Of a stretch of DNA of 64,000 nt, positions 63,953 to 64,000 are shown piece after piece. The position numbers were made by a program, and so were the translations under genes. Under the pieces are notes generated by a model. It made no database searches, was not told the origin of the DNA, and saw only the letters and a list, made by a program, of their open reading frames with translations. Source of the stretch: Azolla caroliniana (taxonomy: Eukaryota; Plantae; Polypodiophyta); assembly GCA_043228905.1 (NCBI GenBank), contig JBHGNT010000022.1, forward strand, positions 10,850,001 to 10,914,000. Reading direction: 5' to 3'. How positions within the stretch are numbered: the first letter of the stretch is position 1; each line of letters begins with the position of its first letter.

Positions 63953-64000
<48 letters not shown>
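61189..64000 (-). mobile_element. Internally deleted Ty1/Copia element (RT-RNase H only), second LTR runs off the window
   Basis: LTR 61189-61601 (TG...CA, contains (AG)n), second LTR from 63895, PBS TGGTATCAGAGC at 63883-63894 and PPT GCTTGAGGGGGCA. RT YVDD and RNase H lie in ORF 61900-63318, with a frameshift near 63318. No gag, protease or integrase motifs seen. Confidence 0.92.

Overview
AT-rich, repeat-dense eukaryotic nuclear DNA from a land plant. Chromodomain Ty3/Gypsy remnants, abundant (GA)n/(CA)n and the U6 sequence suggest a fern or other seed-free plant, but this is inference only. Three host protein-coding genes were reconstructed by eye: a 6-exon DDA1-like/SAP-domain gene (+, 17003-21634), a 6-exon endosulfine/ARPP19-like gene (-, 24186-25435) and an intronless cytochrome-b5-fused sphingolipid delta-8-type desaturase (-, 37944-39293). 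The rest is mostly transposon-derived: a very young Ty1/Copia with TSDs, an internally deleted Copia, a 5'-truncated L1-type LINE, decayed LINE/Gypsy fragments and several hAT-type MITEs with 8-bp TSDs. The most interesting signals are non-coding: (1) a MIR159/319-type long hairpin whose mature sequence is a compensated variant (UUGGAAAGAAGGGAGCUCC); (2) a non-autonomous LTR element with a Tf1-type 11-nt self-priming PBS and a tRNA-like A/B-box module in each LTR; (3) a ~190-bp repeat in three copies built from two convergent tRNA-like heads; (4) a 3'-truncated U6 snRNA retrocopy inside a (GA)n tract upstream of the desaturase. All coordinates were read manually and no searches were run.
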